A stretch of 64,000 nucleotides of DNA from Christensenellaceae bacterium (GTDB lineage: Bacteria > Bacillota > Clostridia > Christensenellales > Christensenellaceae): the NCBI GenBank assembly GCA_036679405.1, contig JAVBVZ010000037.1, forward strand, positions 18,236-82,235, written 5' to 3'. The notes beneath the pieces were generated by a model. It did not search any database. It was given only the letters and a program-made list of their open reading frames with translations, and was not told where the DNA came from. Shown one piece after another: positions 29,381-37,380 of this stretch; within the stretch, counting starts at the first letter, position 1, and each line of letters starts with the position of its first letter. Position numbers and translations under genes: made by a program.

Positions 29381-29551
29381 CTATTTTGGACTGATCGCTT
29401 CTATCGGACACATTTGTGCACACTCTCCGCAATCAATACATATATCAGGATTAATTTCATAATGCGCCGGCCCTTCCGAAATACAACCGATAGGGCATTC
29501 GCCCTCACAGGTACCGCAAGAAATACACGCATCTGAAATAACATATGCCAT
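29381..29551 (-). CDS. clostridial-type 2x[4Fe-4S] ferredoxin (56 aa, not in ORF track)
   Basis: MAYVISDACISCGTCEGECPIGCISEGPAHYEINPDICIDCGECAQMCPIEAISPK, with two CxxCxxCxxxCP motifs. AAGGAG RBS is 9 nt upstream. Confidence 0.85.
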   Translation of the reverse strand: MAYVISDACISCGTCEGECPIGCISEGPAHYEINPDICIDCGECAQMCPIEAISPK

Positions 29552-29658
29552 AAAGCTCATCTCCTTTTTTCTTCAATGATAGTTCTATGTATGAATAATG
29601 TCAACCAAAAAGTACCCGCCATACATATGTTCTTGGATTTCTCCTTTATTGTTAGCAT

Positions 29659-29692
29659 AAAAAGACCATCGACATAAATCGATGGTCTTTTT
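29659..29692 (-). terminator. tRNA-Pro terminator (inside the islet side of the repeat)
   Basis: Stem GACCATCGA/TCGATGGTC with A/T runs on both sides. Confidence 0.65.
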
Positions 29693-29705
29693 GCTGGTCG
29701 GGGTG
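29688..29705. repeat. 18-bp direct repeat copy 2 (attR-like), overlapping the tRNA-Pro 3' end
   Basis: TTTTTGCTGGTCGGGGTG is identical to 28015-28032. Confidence 0.75.
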
Positions 29706-29771
29706 ACAAGATTTGAACTTGCGACCTCTTACTCCCGAAGCAAGCGCGCTACCAAACTGCGCTACACCCCG
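29695..29771 (-). tRNA. tRNA-Pro (anticodon CGG), CCA encoded
   Basis: Hand-folded cloverleaf: acceptor CGGGGTG/CACCCCG, D arm GCGC/GCGC, anticodon stem CTTGC/GTAAG with loop TTCGGGA, T loop TTCAAAT. 77 nt. Confidence 0.9.
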
Positions 29772-29785
29772 AACTCGCGATATCA

Positions 29786-29814
29786 ATTTTATCATAGATA
29801 AAAAACTTACACAA
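29786..29814 (-). promoter_or_regulatory. candidate tRNA-Pro promoter
   Basis: On the minus strand, TTGTGT-17 nt-TAAAAT ends about 14 nt before the tRNA 5' end. Confidence 0.35.
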
Positions 29815-29941
29815 GCATAAAAATAGATTTGTTGTATTTTTTTATTTACATTTAAAAAAGCGGCGCGGCCCTTAAGGCTGCATTGTTCATTTTAAAAAAA
29901 GAGCGGCCCTAAGGGCCGCTCAAAAACAATATCGGACGTTT

Positions 29942-30430
29942 TTACATCATCATGCCTAAGGCCCCGAAAGCTGCTCCGAAAATAACCGCAACAACAATCC
30001 ACCAAATCAAATAGATGATGCCGATAATCAATCCAATGATGCCCAGGATAAATCCTGCGAGCGCCATTCCCCGCTTGCCGTCCGGGAGCTCTTTTCTGCC
30101 TTTTCCGCCCAACACCATGGCTACGATCGCCAGAATCAGGCCAACAATAGGCACCCAGCACAAAACCAAACCAAGAATACCACAAATAAGCGCGCCAATG
30201 CCAATCCCGGAAGAAGGCTCGGCAGGCTGTGCTGTCGCCGCCGGTTGGCTGTACGCCTGTTGCTGTGGCTGGCTGTATGTTTGCTGCTGCTGCTCCGGCT
30301 GAGGTTGTTCCGGCTGAGGTTGTTCCGCCGCCGGCTGTTCGGACATTGTTTCCCCTGATGTGTCCGCCCCGCAAGAAGGGCAGAATTTCGCGCTGTCATC
30401 CATTTCTTTTCCACACTTTGCACAGTACAT
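29942..30430 (-). CDS. zinc-ribbon plus DUF4190-like membrane protein with P/Q-rich linker
   Basis: YCAKCGKEMDDSAKFCPSCG zinc ribbon, EQPQPEQPQPEQQQQ linker, and a Gly/Ile-rich TM pair. Confidence 0.7.
   Translation of the reverse strand: MYCAKCGKEMDDSAKFCPSCGADTSGETMSEQPAAEQPQPEQPQPEQQQQTYSQPQQQAYSQPAATAQPAEPSSGIGIGALICGILGLVLCWVPIVGLILAIVAMVLGGKGRKELPDGKRGMALAGFILGIIGLIIGIIYLIWWIVVAVIFGAAFGALGMMM
30295..30324. repeat. perfect 2 x 15-bp tandem repeat inside the P/Q linker
   Basis: CCGGCTGAGGTTGTT x2, encoding EQPQP-EQPQP on the minus strand. Confidence 0.8.
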
Positions 30431-30556
30431 AACTTATACCCCTTTTTTCATATTTGGTTCATATTTATATTACCATTTACAGACGCGCAAAATCAATCTT
30501 TTTAATAAATTTTGTTCACAAATAGTTCATCTTTGTACGCAATTTCCCCAGTTGCC

Positions 30557-30949
30557 TCACATGGAATATACCGGCATATCTGTAAAATCCGGTATCATTG
30601 AAAAGCCCCAGGCAATCAATGCAATCACAAATGCGCTCAAAGCCAAAGCCACTATCCCGAGTACAACACCGGCAATCGCCTGTCCCTTCCCGCGGACACC
30701 CGCCTGTTTTTGTATTCCCAGGCCTAAAGCAAGCGCAACCGCTCCCAACACAATTCCAGGAATCACCGTCCAAAAAAACACGACGCCCAAAATACCACAA
30801 ACCATTGCGGCAATGCCCGTTCCTCCATAAGTATCTTCCCGGTTTACTGCCTGCGGCTTTTCAACATAATCACCGCTGACCGGCCGGCCGCAAAAGGAAC
30901 AAAATTTTGAATCTGACCGGATTGGTTGTCCGCAATTCCTGCAAAACAT
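30557..30949 (-). CDS. zinc-ribbon plus DUF4190-like membrane protein (paralog of 29942-30430)
   Basis: FCRNCGQPIRSDSKFCSFCG with the same TM architecture (GIAAMVCGILGVVFFW...). Confidence 0.7.
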   Translation of the reverse strand: MFCRNCGQPIRSDSKFCSFCGRPVSGDYVEKPQAVNREDTYGGTGIAAMVCGILGVVFFWTVIPGIVLGAVALALGLGIQKQAGVRGKGQAIAGVVLGIVALALSAFVIALIAWGFSMIPDFTDMPVYSM

Positions 30950-31149
30950 ATTCTGTGGCCTCCCTCTTCTTTGCTATACAGGTAAACCCTTTTTTGAGGG
31001 TCATAAGATCATAACTGTCACTATTATTATAAATAACAATATTTTCTATTTCAATATCATTCTATACTATCCTTACGCATTTTTACAAAATCCGTCTTTA
31101 CAAAACACACTTTTTACGCTCCGTATATAGACGGGAACGGCATTATAAA

Positions 31150-31794
31150 TCAGCTGTACCTGCTGGGCTTCGGTTTTATCATGCAAACCACATAATCTTT
31201 TGCGCGCGCGGGGATTTCCCGCAAGCTGCGAACCCACTGGTTTTTTTCACTCGTTTGAGCCGCGGTTCCACGGGCATCCAGGCCAAGGGCGCGCGCGTCG
31301 TAAAGAGCCCGGGGCATATGATATGCCTGCGTCACAATGATCACGCTCTGAAAGCCATAAACCTTCCCTGCCCGGTATACGGAAGAATACGTATCAAATC
31401 CTTCCCGGTCAACAATGATATCTTCTTTTGGAACGCCGGCCTCCAGTGCATACCGCTGCATTACGCTTACCTCATCATAGCGGTGCTCTCCGCCGTCCCC
31501 CGTCAAAAAAAGTTTTGGCGCGGCTCCCTGTTTATATAAATCAATCCCTGTTTCCAGGCGTTTCTTCAAAATATCCCCGGGTACGTCTCCGTTTACACGC
31601 GCACCCAGCACAAGTATACATTGCGCATTTAAATTTTCCATATCCTGCTCCGCTGCAGTCTCTTCGTCCGCACTGCATAAGATGGCCGCGTTCGTAAAAG
31701 CCAAAGCTGACACAAACAACAAAACCAATGCGGCAGCAACTACAGCCCACTTTTTTAACGGTTTTTTCAATTCTGTCCCGGACTTTTTTAACAT
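31150..31794 (-). CDS. SanA/YdcF (DUF218) family protein
   Basis: N-terminal TM; ILVLGARVNGD...LFLTGDGG...DTYSS...TQAYHMPRALY. Confidence 0.8.
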   Translation of the reverse strand: MLKKSGTELKKPLKKWAVVAAALVLLFVSALAFTNAAILCSADEETAAEQDMENLNAQCILVLGARVNGDVPGDILKKRLETGIDLYKQGAAPKLFLTGDGGEHRYDEVSVMQRYALEAGVPKEDIIVDREGFDTYSSVYRAGKVYGFQSVIIVTQAYHMPRALYDARALGLDARGTAAQTSEKNQWVRSLREIPARAKDYVVCMIKPKPSRYS

Positions 31795-31963
31795 GCGGAT
31801 CCTCTTTTTGCTTTATCATAACACAATCCGCTTTTTTTTCCCATGTATTTCGGGGAGCTTTAAAATAAGGGCCCTGTAAGTTTACAGATGTTCCTGTGCT
31901 AAATAAAAAGGGCTGCAAAACGCAACTGCCGCCGCCTCTTTTACTTTTTTGCCTGCGTGCAGG

Positions 31964-32353
31964 CTACCCGCTGCTCATATTGCCGTAAGGCCATACACGT
32001 ATGCCTCCGAAATCCAGAATATTGGTATATCCCAATTCAGCAAGTGTTCGGGAAGCTTCTTTACTCCGCGTTCCATTGCATCCGTAAACCAGTATCATCG
32101 CATTTTTATCCGGCAATTTTTCCGGTGCCATTGATTCTATTTGTGTATCCGGAATAGATATACTGCCCTTAATACGGCTTTTTTGATATTCCGACGCCGG
32201 CCGCACATCCAGTATAATGAAGGGGTCATTCCCATCCATGATTTCTTTTGCCCTCTCCGGTGAAATCTGCTCATAATCCGCCGCCGGATCATTGATTCCG
32301 CAGCCCGTAAGCAGCACAAGCGCAGCCAGTAAAACGGCTGCCAATCTTTTCAT
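31964..32353 (-). CDS. rhodanese-domain lipoprotein
   Basis: Lipobox LTGC; rhodanese fold with active-site loop CNGTRS. Confidence 0.8.
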   Translation of the reverse strand: MKRLAAVLLAALVLLTGCGINDPAADYEQISPERAKEIMDGNDPFIILDVRPASEYQKSRIKGSISIPDTQIESMAPEKLPDKNAMILVYGCNGTRSKEASRTLAELGYTNILDFGGIRVWPYGNMSSG

Positions 32354-32538
32354 ATTACCCTCCTTCCTGCATATCCCTATGAAAAGCGCCTGGGAACCCT
32401 ATAAAAAACCGGCAAAGCAGGTTGCCGCTTTGCCGGAAATCATTACGCTCCGCAAAGAATATTTTTTGGAAGCCTTATAATGCACTCTTCAAAAAGCGCT
32501 GCTTTTTAAAGAGCCTGCGGGCATTTCCGCCCGCCGCT

Positions 32539-32706
32539 TTACTTATCTTCATCTTCTTCAAATTCAACCGTCTTACAGGATTCACCCGTAAAAGGATGTG
32601 AATAGGTGTTTTCGCTTTCCGTATCCGTATTTTCCTCATCCACATCAAATTGTGCACGGATTACGTGTCCGCTCTCCAGATGGCATACGCCTTTCTTCTT
32701 TTTCAT
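32539..32706 (-). CDS. 55-aa acidic small protein (not in ORF track)
   Basis: MKKKKGVCHLESGHVIRAQFDVDEENTDTESENTYSHPFTGESCKTVEFEEDEDK. AGGAGG is 8 nt upstream and a GCGGGC/GCCCGC hairpin lies downstream. Confidence 0.5.
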   Translation of the reverse strand: MKKKKGVCHLESGHVIRAQFDVDEENTDTESENTYSHPFTGESCKTVEFEEDEDK

Positions 32707-32728
32707 GTTTTACGCCTCCTCGCCTAAG

Positions 32729-33118
32729 TTACCCGGTCACCAAACCGCCATAAGGCCAGTCCTGGATTCCGCCCATATCTGAAACATGGGTATATCCCAT
32801 GTCTGCCAACGCCTGTGACGCAATTGCGCTCCGTCTCCCGGACCGGCAATAAACAAGTATAGTTGCATCCTTGTCCGGCAATTTTTCCGGCGCCAATTGT
32901 TCAATTTCCGTATAGGGGATCAATATGCTGCCTTCAATATGCCCCGAATCATATTCTTCCTGCGTACGCACATCCAAAAGGATATACGAATCACCGCTTT
33001 CAATAATCTCCTTTGCCTCTAAGGCCGATATCTTTGCATATGCGGCGGCAGTTCCGGCGCCTGCACACCCTGTCAGCAACAATATTGATGCTAACATTAT
33101 TGTAAAAAATTTTTTCAT
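32729..33118 (-). CDS. rhodanese-domain lipoprotein (paralog)
   Basis: Lipobox LTGC; active-site loop CRSGRRS. Same 129-aa length as 31964-32353. Confidence 0.8.
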   Translation of the reverse strand: MKKFFTIMLASILLLTGCAGAGTAAAYAKISALEAKEIIESGDSYILLDVRTQEEYDSGHIEGSILIPYTEIEQLAPEKLPDKDATILVYCRSGRRSAIASQALADMGYTHVSDMGGIQDWPYGGLVTG

Positions 33119-33216
33119 AGGCCCCCCGTTTGTATCTTTGGGCTTATTGCCGCTTGTATATTATGATAAACCCAAAACAGCTGCCGCAAACGGGCTGTAC
33201 GCACCTAAAACATATA

Positions 33217-34446
33217 TTACCGGTCCTGTTCGGCCCAAAAGATATCTTCCCCCATTTCAGGCATCTGGCCGCGGCTGCAAACGACACAATTTCCGCCCAT
33301 AAGCTTTGCTTCATACAGCGCACCGTCTGCCATCCGGTAAATCTTTTTAAGATCGGTTTCTTTTGTGGGGATGATTGTCACAATACCAATGCAGATCGTT
33401 ATTCTGATTTTTGCATGTTCGTAAATCGCTTTTATTTCTATCGTCCGCCGCATTCGCTCGGCCACCAGACTAGCTTCTTCTTCATTTGCGTCGGGCAGCA
33501 GTATAGCAAACTCATCCCCTCCATACCGTCCAAAAAGATCATATGAACGCAGCCCTTCCTGCACAATTAAAGCTACTTCTTTCAGCGCGGTATCTCCAAC
33601 ATAGTGTCCGTAAGTGTCATTCACTTTTTTAAAATCGTCTATATCAAACAACAAAAAGGAGACCGGCCCCTTCTTCCGTTCGAAATAGCGAAGGGAACGT
33701 TTTCCCTGTTCGGCAAATGCCCTGCGGTTTAAAATACCGGTCAGGCTATCCGTATTGGCTCTCTTAAGCAGCCGTATATCGGCCTGTTCCTTGGCCAGCA
33801 GAAAGTATCCGGTCCCGGACAAGATCATCATGACAAACAGGGCAAAGTTTATCCACGAATATATCTCTTCCACGGACGCAAAAGAAGCATGAAACAAGCC
33901 GACCGCAACCAGCATTCTTGATAAGAACCCCCCGATCACCAGCAAATACAAGATGCCCACAATCCTCTGCAAATATGATTTCTGATGATTGAATAAAAGA
34001 TGCAGCGCCGGGTATAAAATAAACAGCATACAAAAAGCGGATACTAAAACAATTCTTGCTTCCTGTCCGCTTACGGCAAAATAGAGAAAAGAATATGCCG
34101 CCGCAAAAGCGGCCGTCGCCAGCGGAAGAATTTTCTTTGCCCATAGCCGTCCGGCGCCAAAAAGCGCCAGTACAGCCAGCCCTTCCAGAGCGATTGCAGA
34201 AACAAACAATACGTTTTCCACAATCAAATAAAAAAAATCCATAGAAGAAGTATCTATGGCTCCGGTCATCAAAACACCAAGGCCCCATAAGATAAAATTT
34301 GTCATCTGACAAATTTTCGCAGCCAAAAAGATCTTCAAAGACCTGTCTTTGAGTATGTTTTTATAGCTTATAATCAGAACGATCATAAAGATGTCAACCA
34401 GAATGACCGCCAAGACGATTGTAGTGCTGTCGATAGACACCGTCAT
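33217..34446 (-). CDS. membrane-bound diguanylate cyclase (GGDEF)
   Basis: Multi-TM N-terminal sensor region; C-terminal DSLTGILNRRAF...RYGGDEF. Confidence 0.85.
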   Translation of the reverse strand: MTVSIDSTTIVLAVILVDIFMIVLIISYKNILKDRSLKIFLAAKICQMTNFILWGLGVLMTGAIDTSSMDFFYLIVENVLFVSAIALEGLAVLALFGAGRLWAKKILPLATAAFAAAYSFLYFAVSGQEARIVLVSAFCMLFILYPALHLLFNHQKSYLQRIVGILYLLVIGGFLSRMLVAVGLFHASFASVEEIYSWINFALFVMMILSGTGYFLLAKEQADIRLLKRANTDSLTGILNRRAFAEQGKRSLRYFERKKGPVSFLLFDIDDFKKVNDTYGHYVGDTALKEVALIVQEGLRSYDLFGRYGGDEFAILLPDANEEEASLVAERMRRTIEIKAIYEHAKIRITICIGIVTIIPTKETDLKKIYRMADGALYEAKLMGGNCVVCSRGQMPEMGEDIFWAEQDR

Positions 34447-34545
34447 CTTTTCACCAAATCCAATGATATTTTATTTATGAAAAACACGTCAGGCAGTAGA
34501 TTATTATACACTAAATACGCTTACTTTTAAAGTTGTTTTCAAAAT

Positions 34546-35004
34546 TCAGCTGCAAAATGCAGCCGCTTGCGCCGCCACCGCATCTTCATCCGCCTTATCC
34601 TTAGGAATGCCGAATTTAAATGGAATAGGGCCTATCTTTTCTTCCAGCTTTTTGAATACGGGATCCGTATCTCCTCCTCCGCTCGATAAAACCAGGCAAA
34701 CCTTCTGAAGGTTTGATTTTTCTTTTTCCAAAAGAGAATAGACCGCAGGCGCAGCATTTCCTGCCCAAACGGGTCCTACAATCAAAATATGGTCCAGTTC
34801 ATTAAAATCAACTTCAGGGTCGATTACGGGCGTGGTTTTTTTAAAACGCAACGCATAAAATCCGCCGCGCAGAAATCCAAATATGCCTTTCCAGTTCTTA
34901 TCGTCCGTGATTTGCGAGAGGCCACATCCCCCCTGCGCCGCAATTTTTTCAGCTATGCGTTTTGAATTCCCGCTTAATGAAAAATATAACACCCTGCAAT
35001 TCAT
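34546..35004 (-). CDS. flavodoxin-like fold protein
   Basis: VLYFSLSGNSKRIAEKI N-terminal FMN-loop-like motif; 152 aa. Confidence 0.6.
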   Translation of the reverse strand: MNCRVLYFSLSGNSKRIAEKIAAQGGCGLSQITDDKNWKGIFGFLRGGFYALRFKKTTPVIDPEVDFNELDHILIVGPVWAGNAAPAVYSLLEKEKSNLQKVCLVLSSGGGDTDPVFKKLEEKIGPIPFKFGIPKDKADEDAVAAQAAAFCS

Positions 35005-35178
35005 ACTTTTTCTCCTCTACCTTATATTTGGCAAAACTTCCAGCCGGTTCTTCTGTAATACAGTTTCTATATAAAAACAAAAAATCCTTTTTGTACTTTC
35101 CGTATTTTTGTTTTCTCCATCCATCTTAAAAAGAAAGACACCGGCGACGCACGCCGGTGTCTTTAGATTTAAAACAGG

Positions 35179-35367
35179 CTATTCAATCCTGATCGCTTCA
35201 GAAGGGCAGCTGTCTGCGGCTTCTTTGGCGCTGTCCTCCACGCCGGCCGGTATTTCATCCACCAGGACCGTCGCAACATCTTCAAGTCCAAATTCAAATA
35301 CTTCCGGACAAATATTAGGGCACAGCCCACACCCGATACACAAATCTTTGTCAACATACGCCTTCAT
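35179..35367 (-). CDS. small single-cluster ferredoxin
   Basis: MKAYVDKDLCIGCGLCPNICPEVF...DSCPSEAI. ATG at 35367 has GAGGGG 10 nt upstream. Confidence 0.8.
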   Translation of the reverse strand: MKAYVDKDLCIGCGLCPNICPEVFEFGLEDVATVLVDEIPAGVEDSAKEAADSCPSEAIRIE

Positions 35368-35767
35368 AAATTGCAATCCCCTCTTTCATGATAGAATATT
35401 TGCCTTTATTATATACCCGGCGCAGAGCTCCCGCAAGCCCAAAACTTTTCTAATATGTACTCATTTGGAAAAGCGCCTGCCCGGCATTTAAATCACAAAA
35501 AAAGAAGCGGCTTTTGCCGTTTCTTTTATCTATATAAACTCCTCTTTGCGCAGAAAGCGTTGCAATGAATCGCATGCGCTTTCTACAGGAGGAATCGTTA
35601 TAAAAAAAAGCTGTACAATGTTTCTCTTTTATTTATGTCCTAATCATAATCCCTGTTTGTGAACTATAAACGTAAAAATTATGAAGAATCCATGAACATT
35701 CTGCCTGAGACAAAAAAGACAGCCCTGCGTCTGAAAATATTGTTTTGGGCGGTGCTTTATACAAAGT

Positions 35768-35802
35768 GCAAAGAGCGGGCACCCTGGTGCTCCGCTCTTT
35801 GC
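35768..35802. other. long, near-perfect hairpin in a 0.5-kb non-coding gap
   Basis: GCAAAGAGCGGGCACC / GGTGCtCCGCTCTTTGC (about 16 bp, one bulge), with no adjacent T-run. Confidence 0.6.
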
Positions 35803-35952
35803 GCGTGAGGAATCTTTTATGATGAACTTTAAAGTAAGCCTTATATTCTGTTGCTATTAATATAATTCCAACCGCGCCTTCTTAAACCGCAAATGTGTGT
35901 TTTTCATAATTTTATTTAAAAGCGCATTCTTGTTTCATAACGCCGGGTTTTC

Positions 35953-35984
35953 CAAAAACAAAAAGCCGCTTTTAAGCGGCTTTT
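35953..35984 (-). terminator. terminator of the GH18-like gene
   Basis: Stem AAAAGCCGC/GCGGCTTTT followed on the minus strand by a T-rich run. Confidence 0.7.
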
Positions 35985-35999
35985 CCATTTAATCATTTT

Positions 36000-37136
36000 T
36001 CAATTCAAACTTGCACCTTTGAGGTTCCCCAGCATTTTTAATGTATCCGGCCTCGCGCCGCCCATTTTCCACAACGCAGCCCTTCCGCATCCAAGCGATT
36101 TTGAAAGGTCAAACCATCCTGCCAAAGTTTCCGCATCCGCATACCATACAGTGTGCACGGTTCCGTCCTCAGCAGTATATTCAAAATACAGGGCGCCGCT
36201 GTTTTTATCCCGCTGGATATTCCCACTGAAAAGGGAAAGTTCGTACGCCTCTGTTTCGGTAATTTCCCGCGCATTTCCGGAAGCATCCCAGTCAATGCCG
36301 CCTGTCGCAAAGGCCATCCGCGCATTTCCCGGCAAACCGTCCATTTGTTTTGCAGTATCGCTTATGGATGCCGCATCCGTCCTTGGCCCGGGAATGGCTC
36401 CCGTCCCATTCAAATCATAAGCCGCCACCACATACTCCGGGCCTTCCGGAAGTGCAGCGGCATCCCAGCCGCCTCCCTGTTCCAAAACGACCCTGAGTTT
36501 CATATCCAATCCGGTAAGGCGATCATACAGTTCATCTAAAAAAAGTATAAATCCCTCCCGGGCAGTGCCGCTGATATTGGCATAATTGATTTCCACACCG
36601 TTAAATCCGTTTGTCCGCGCCAGAATCACAAGATCATCAATATGACGGGCGCGCGCCTTTTCAGTGGTCAGTAACCGTTTAAGCAGCGCCCCGTCCCTGT
36701 ATATCCATTCGCCGTTCTCCCTTGCCCGGTTATTTACCAGCGTTAGATACACCGGCAGGTCATTGGCGCCTTCCCTGATCCCCAGCGCTAAAATCATTTG
36801 GGAAGCATCTTCTGTAAAAAAGATCCCGTCCTCCTCATTGAAGGCGGCGGAATAAGCCTGTATACTATCCGGCATGCCGGCAACCGCGTTGACTTCTTCC
36901 AAGCCCTCCTGCCAGTCCGACGAATCAACCCATACCGAAAGATCAAACCGTGCAGAATCAGCCTCAGACTGCGCCGCACCGTATGCAGAAGAATCTGCCC
37001 CGGGGTCTTCTTCCAGTTCGGCCATCCGCCCGAAATGCTTGGTCCAGAGGCCGGCTAAAAGAATAAGGGCTGCGGCCGCACAAACCAATAGTCCTATTAA
37101 TATTGCTTTATAATTTATTTTTTTGGGTTTTGCCAT
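36000..37136 (-). CDS. membrane-anchored GH18-like (chitinase-fold) protein, catalytic motif degenerate
   Basis: N-terminal TM. FNGVEINYAN occupies the position of the GH18 DGxDxDxE box. TIM-barrel-like length. Confidence 0.45.
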   Translation of the reverse strand: MAKPKKINYKAILIGLLVCAAAALILLAGLWTKHFGRMAELEEDPGADSSAYGAAQSEADSARFDLSVWVDSSDWQEGLEEVNAVAGMPDSIQAYSAAFNEEDGIFFTEDASQMILALGIREGANDLPVYLTLVNNRARENGEWIYRDGALLKRLLTTEKARARHIDDLVILARTNGFNGVEINYANISGTAREGFILFLDELYDRLTGLDMKLRVVLEQGGGWDAAALPEGPEYVVAAYDLNGTGAIPGPRTDAASISDTAKQMDGLPGNARMAFATGGIDWDASGNAREITETEAYELSLFSGNIQRDKNSGALYFEYTAEDGTVHTVWYADAETLAGWFDLSKSLGCGRAALWKMGGARPDTLKMLGNLKGASLN

Positions 37137-37380
37137 ATCTCAGTCCTTAAAACTGCCGTCGGCCACACTCCGCTTTTTATAGTATTTACTAAGGGCCCGG
37201 CTGCTGCGCTTTCCATGTATTCGGATCGGCAGCAATCCCTGCCATTCAAAAGTAATGTTACCACATCTCTTCTTTTTATTCAACCAATCCACTCATAAAG
37301 CAGGTCCTTTGGTTCCGCATAAGCCGTATTATTGGGGAAGCATTCATAAATTCTTTTCAGGCAATCCTGAAGCCGGACAT

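Larger units (their letters stand above)
28033..29687. mobile_element. AT-rich islet bounded by the tRNA-Pro 3'-end duplication (integrated-element remnant, no integrase)
   Basis: Flanked by the 18-bp direct repeats. Line 28201-28260 has 13 G+C of 60, against 34 of 60 in flank line 27901-27960. Carries two cargo ORFs only. Confidence 0.45.

Noticed and set aside
28033-29687. Search for an integrase, excisionase or transposase inside or next to the tRNA-Pro islet
   Set aside because: No such ORF appears in any frame, so the element is called only a remnant or cargo islet at low confidence.
35696-35812. 38-aa plus-strand ORF MNILPETKK...CSALCA across the long hairpin
   Set aside because: It has no RBS, and its 3' half is simply the hairpin sequence read as codons.
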